A DNA stretch of 59,623 nucleotides from Burkholderiales bacterium. GTDB lineage: Bacteria > Pseudomonadota > Gammaproteobacteria > Burkholderiales > JAHFRG01. The DNA is taken from the NCBI GenBank assembly GCA_035624535.1, contig DASPRI010000209.1:1-59623 (forward strand). Direction: 5' to 3'. The notes beneath the pieces were generated by a model. The model saw only the letters and a list, made by a program, of their open reading frames with translations, was not told the origin of the DNA and made no database searches. The stretch's first letter is position 1, and the number at the start of each line of letters is the position of its first letter. Both the position numbers and the translations under genes were made by a program. This document shows positions 58,333 to 59,623 of this stretch, piece by piece.

Positions 58333-59623
58333 GCGATCCGGCACTTGGGCTTACGATGCTCGCGCTCATTGTGATCGTAATCATAATGGGCTTTCCGACG
58401 GCGTTCACCCTGATGGGTCTGGGGATGTTCTTCGGCTTCATTGCACTCTACGATCCCTCGCAGCCTTGGACGCACAACCGGATCTTCGACCTAGTGGCTG
58501 AACGGGCGTACACCGCGATGACCAATGATGCGCTGATTTCGATCCCGCTTTTTGTGCTCATGGGTTATGTCATGGAGCGCGGTGCGCTGGTGGACAAAAT
58601 GTTCTACAGCGTCCAGCTCGCGTTTCGGCGAGTGCCCGCTTCGCTCGCAGTCGCCACGTTGATAATTTGCACATTCTGGGGGATCGCCAGCGGCTTGGTC
58701 GGCGCGGTGGTGGTGCTGATGGGCGTGATCGCGTTTAATCCCATGCTGAAAGCAGGCTACGACGTAAAACTGGCTTCAGGTGTGATCACCGCGGGCGGGA
58801 CGCTTGGCATCTTAATCCCGCCTTCGGTAATGATCATCGTTTATGCCGCGGTCGCCGGCCAGTCGGTAGTAAAGCTCTACGCTTCCGCGATGTTCCCTGG
58901 ATTTTTCCTTTCGTTCCTTTACCTCATTTATATTGTTGCCTGGGCCCTTCTCAATCCCAAGGTCGCGCCGCAGCTGCCTGAAAGCCAGCTGCGGGTGCCG
59001 ATTTCGGAATGGATATTGAAATTCCGCGAGGCGTACTCACGCAACATTCTGGTTGGTCTGCTTATCTCGCTTTTCTCTCCGGCCAAGGCGTTAGGGATCG
59101 AGGCAGGCGGCGTGCGCATTAGGTACGGCATGCTGCTAAAGAATTTCGTCGCTGCTCTGGTTCCGTTCATGTTGACTATTGCGACCTTTTGGCTCATCTG
59201 GTGGTACGTGGTCATTCACCCCCAGGCGGAGGTTGAACAGGAATTGTCCTTACGCACGACAGCCGTGAAGGCGGCTCCCGCGCCGACACAGGCGGCAAAG
59301 GCACCAGAGGGGGCAAATCTCGAACAACTCGGGGTTGGTGAGAAAAAAGGCAAGGCTCCGCCAACATCCGCTGAAACCGAATCGGGTGGACTGGAAGAAT
59401 TGGGTAGCCCTGAGTTGCTCAAACAAGGTCCAGCTGCACCCGTGGAAGCCGGCCCGGACCCGCAGTTCTACACCTGGTTCTGGTTGAGCGCAGCGGTTTT
59501 TACGCTCCTGCTCGTGTACTACTACTGGAAGCTCGAAGCAGAGCAGTTTGAGATTCTCAAGCTGCTGACGGCGTCCACATTGCCGCTGGGAATCCTCACA
59601 GTCATAGTGCTCGCGGTCATTTT
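58329..59623 (+). CDS. TRAP transporter large permease (DctM family), 5' part; runs off the window end
   Basis: Manual translation from the ATG at 58329 (ATGA overlap with dctQ) stays open to 59623. It reads MSDPALGLTMLALIVIVIIMGFPTAFTLMGLGMFFG...SIPLFVLMGYVMERGAL...GGTLGILIPPS. It is absent from the ORF track because it has no stop in the window. Confidence 0.88.
   Translation, partial: MSDPALGLTMLALIVIVIIMGFPTAFTLMGLGMFFGFIALYDPSQPWTHNRIFDLVAERAYTAMTNDALISIPLFVLMGYVMERGALVDKMFYSVQLAFRRVPASLAVATLIICTFWGIASGLVGAVVVLMGVIAFNPMLKAGYDVKLASGVITAGGTLGILIPPSVMIIVYAAVAGQSVVKLYASAMFPGFFLSFLYLIYIVAWALLNPKVAPQLPESQLRVPISEWILKFREAYSRNILVGLLISLFSPAKALGIEAGGVRIRYGMLLKNFVAALVPFMLTIATFWLIWWYVVIHPQAEVEQELSLRTTAVKAAPAPTQAAKAPEGANLEQLGVGEKKGKAPPTSAETESGGLEELGSPELLKQGPAAPVEAGPDPQFYTWFWLSAAVFTLLLVYYYWKLEAEQFEILKLLTASTLPLGILTVIVLAVI

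Noticed and set aside
1-59623. Scan for tRNA, rRNA, CRISPR arrays, transposases/integrases and phage or defence genes
   Set aside because: None was recognised. There are no cloverleaf-like segments in intergenic gaps, no regularly spaced repeats, and no ORF with transposase, integrase, restriction or toxin-antitoxin signatures. The scan was done by eye only, so small RNAs cannot be excluded.

Overview
This is a 59.6 kb chromosomal segment of about 55-57% GC. Its gene order looks betaproteobacterial, for example infA sitting between secY and rpmJ, but that assignment is inference only. The first 14.4 kb is a complete S10-spc-alpha ribosomal-protein superoperon. It runs from the 3' end of tuf through rpsJ to rplQ and includes secY, infA, rpmJ and rpoA, all on the + strand. 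The remainder mixes housekeeping and accessory genes:
- a DUF62 SAM hydrolase, nhaA, DUF488 and DUF2339
- a small C1/serine-cycle module (glycerate kinase, mtdA, fch)
- uvrA, a YajR-like MFS transporter and ssb
- a five-gene minus-strand operon joining an MNIO (DUF692)/DUF2063 peptide-maturase pair to a DUF1190 lipoprotein, a YgiC-type ATP-grasp ligase and DUF350
- an ABC-2 exporter, an FmdB zinc ribbon protein, DUF502, aspS, nudB and nadA
- an EEP-family protein with clsB, an Atm1-type ABC exporter, pbpG and an EgtD-like methyltransferase
- lutA-lutB-mmsA-lutC, and glgB-malQ
- a Kef-like antiporter translationally coupled to a YbdK-type ligase, an NhaP-type antiporter, and a TRAP transporter whose dctM runs off the 3' end

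I found no rRNA, tRNA, CRISPR array, transposase or integrase.

The strongest candidate for an undescribed system is the MNIO/DUF2063 pair at 26912-30498. It has no recognisable precursor peptide gene and is tightly chained to an exported Cys-containing lipoprotein and an ATP-grasp ligase.

All calls come from reading the supplied ORF translations and the nucleotide sequence by eye. No database search was run.
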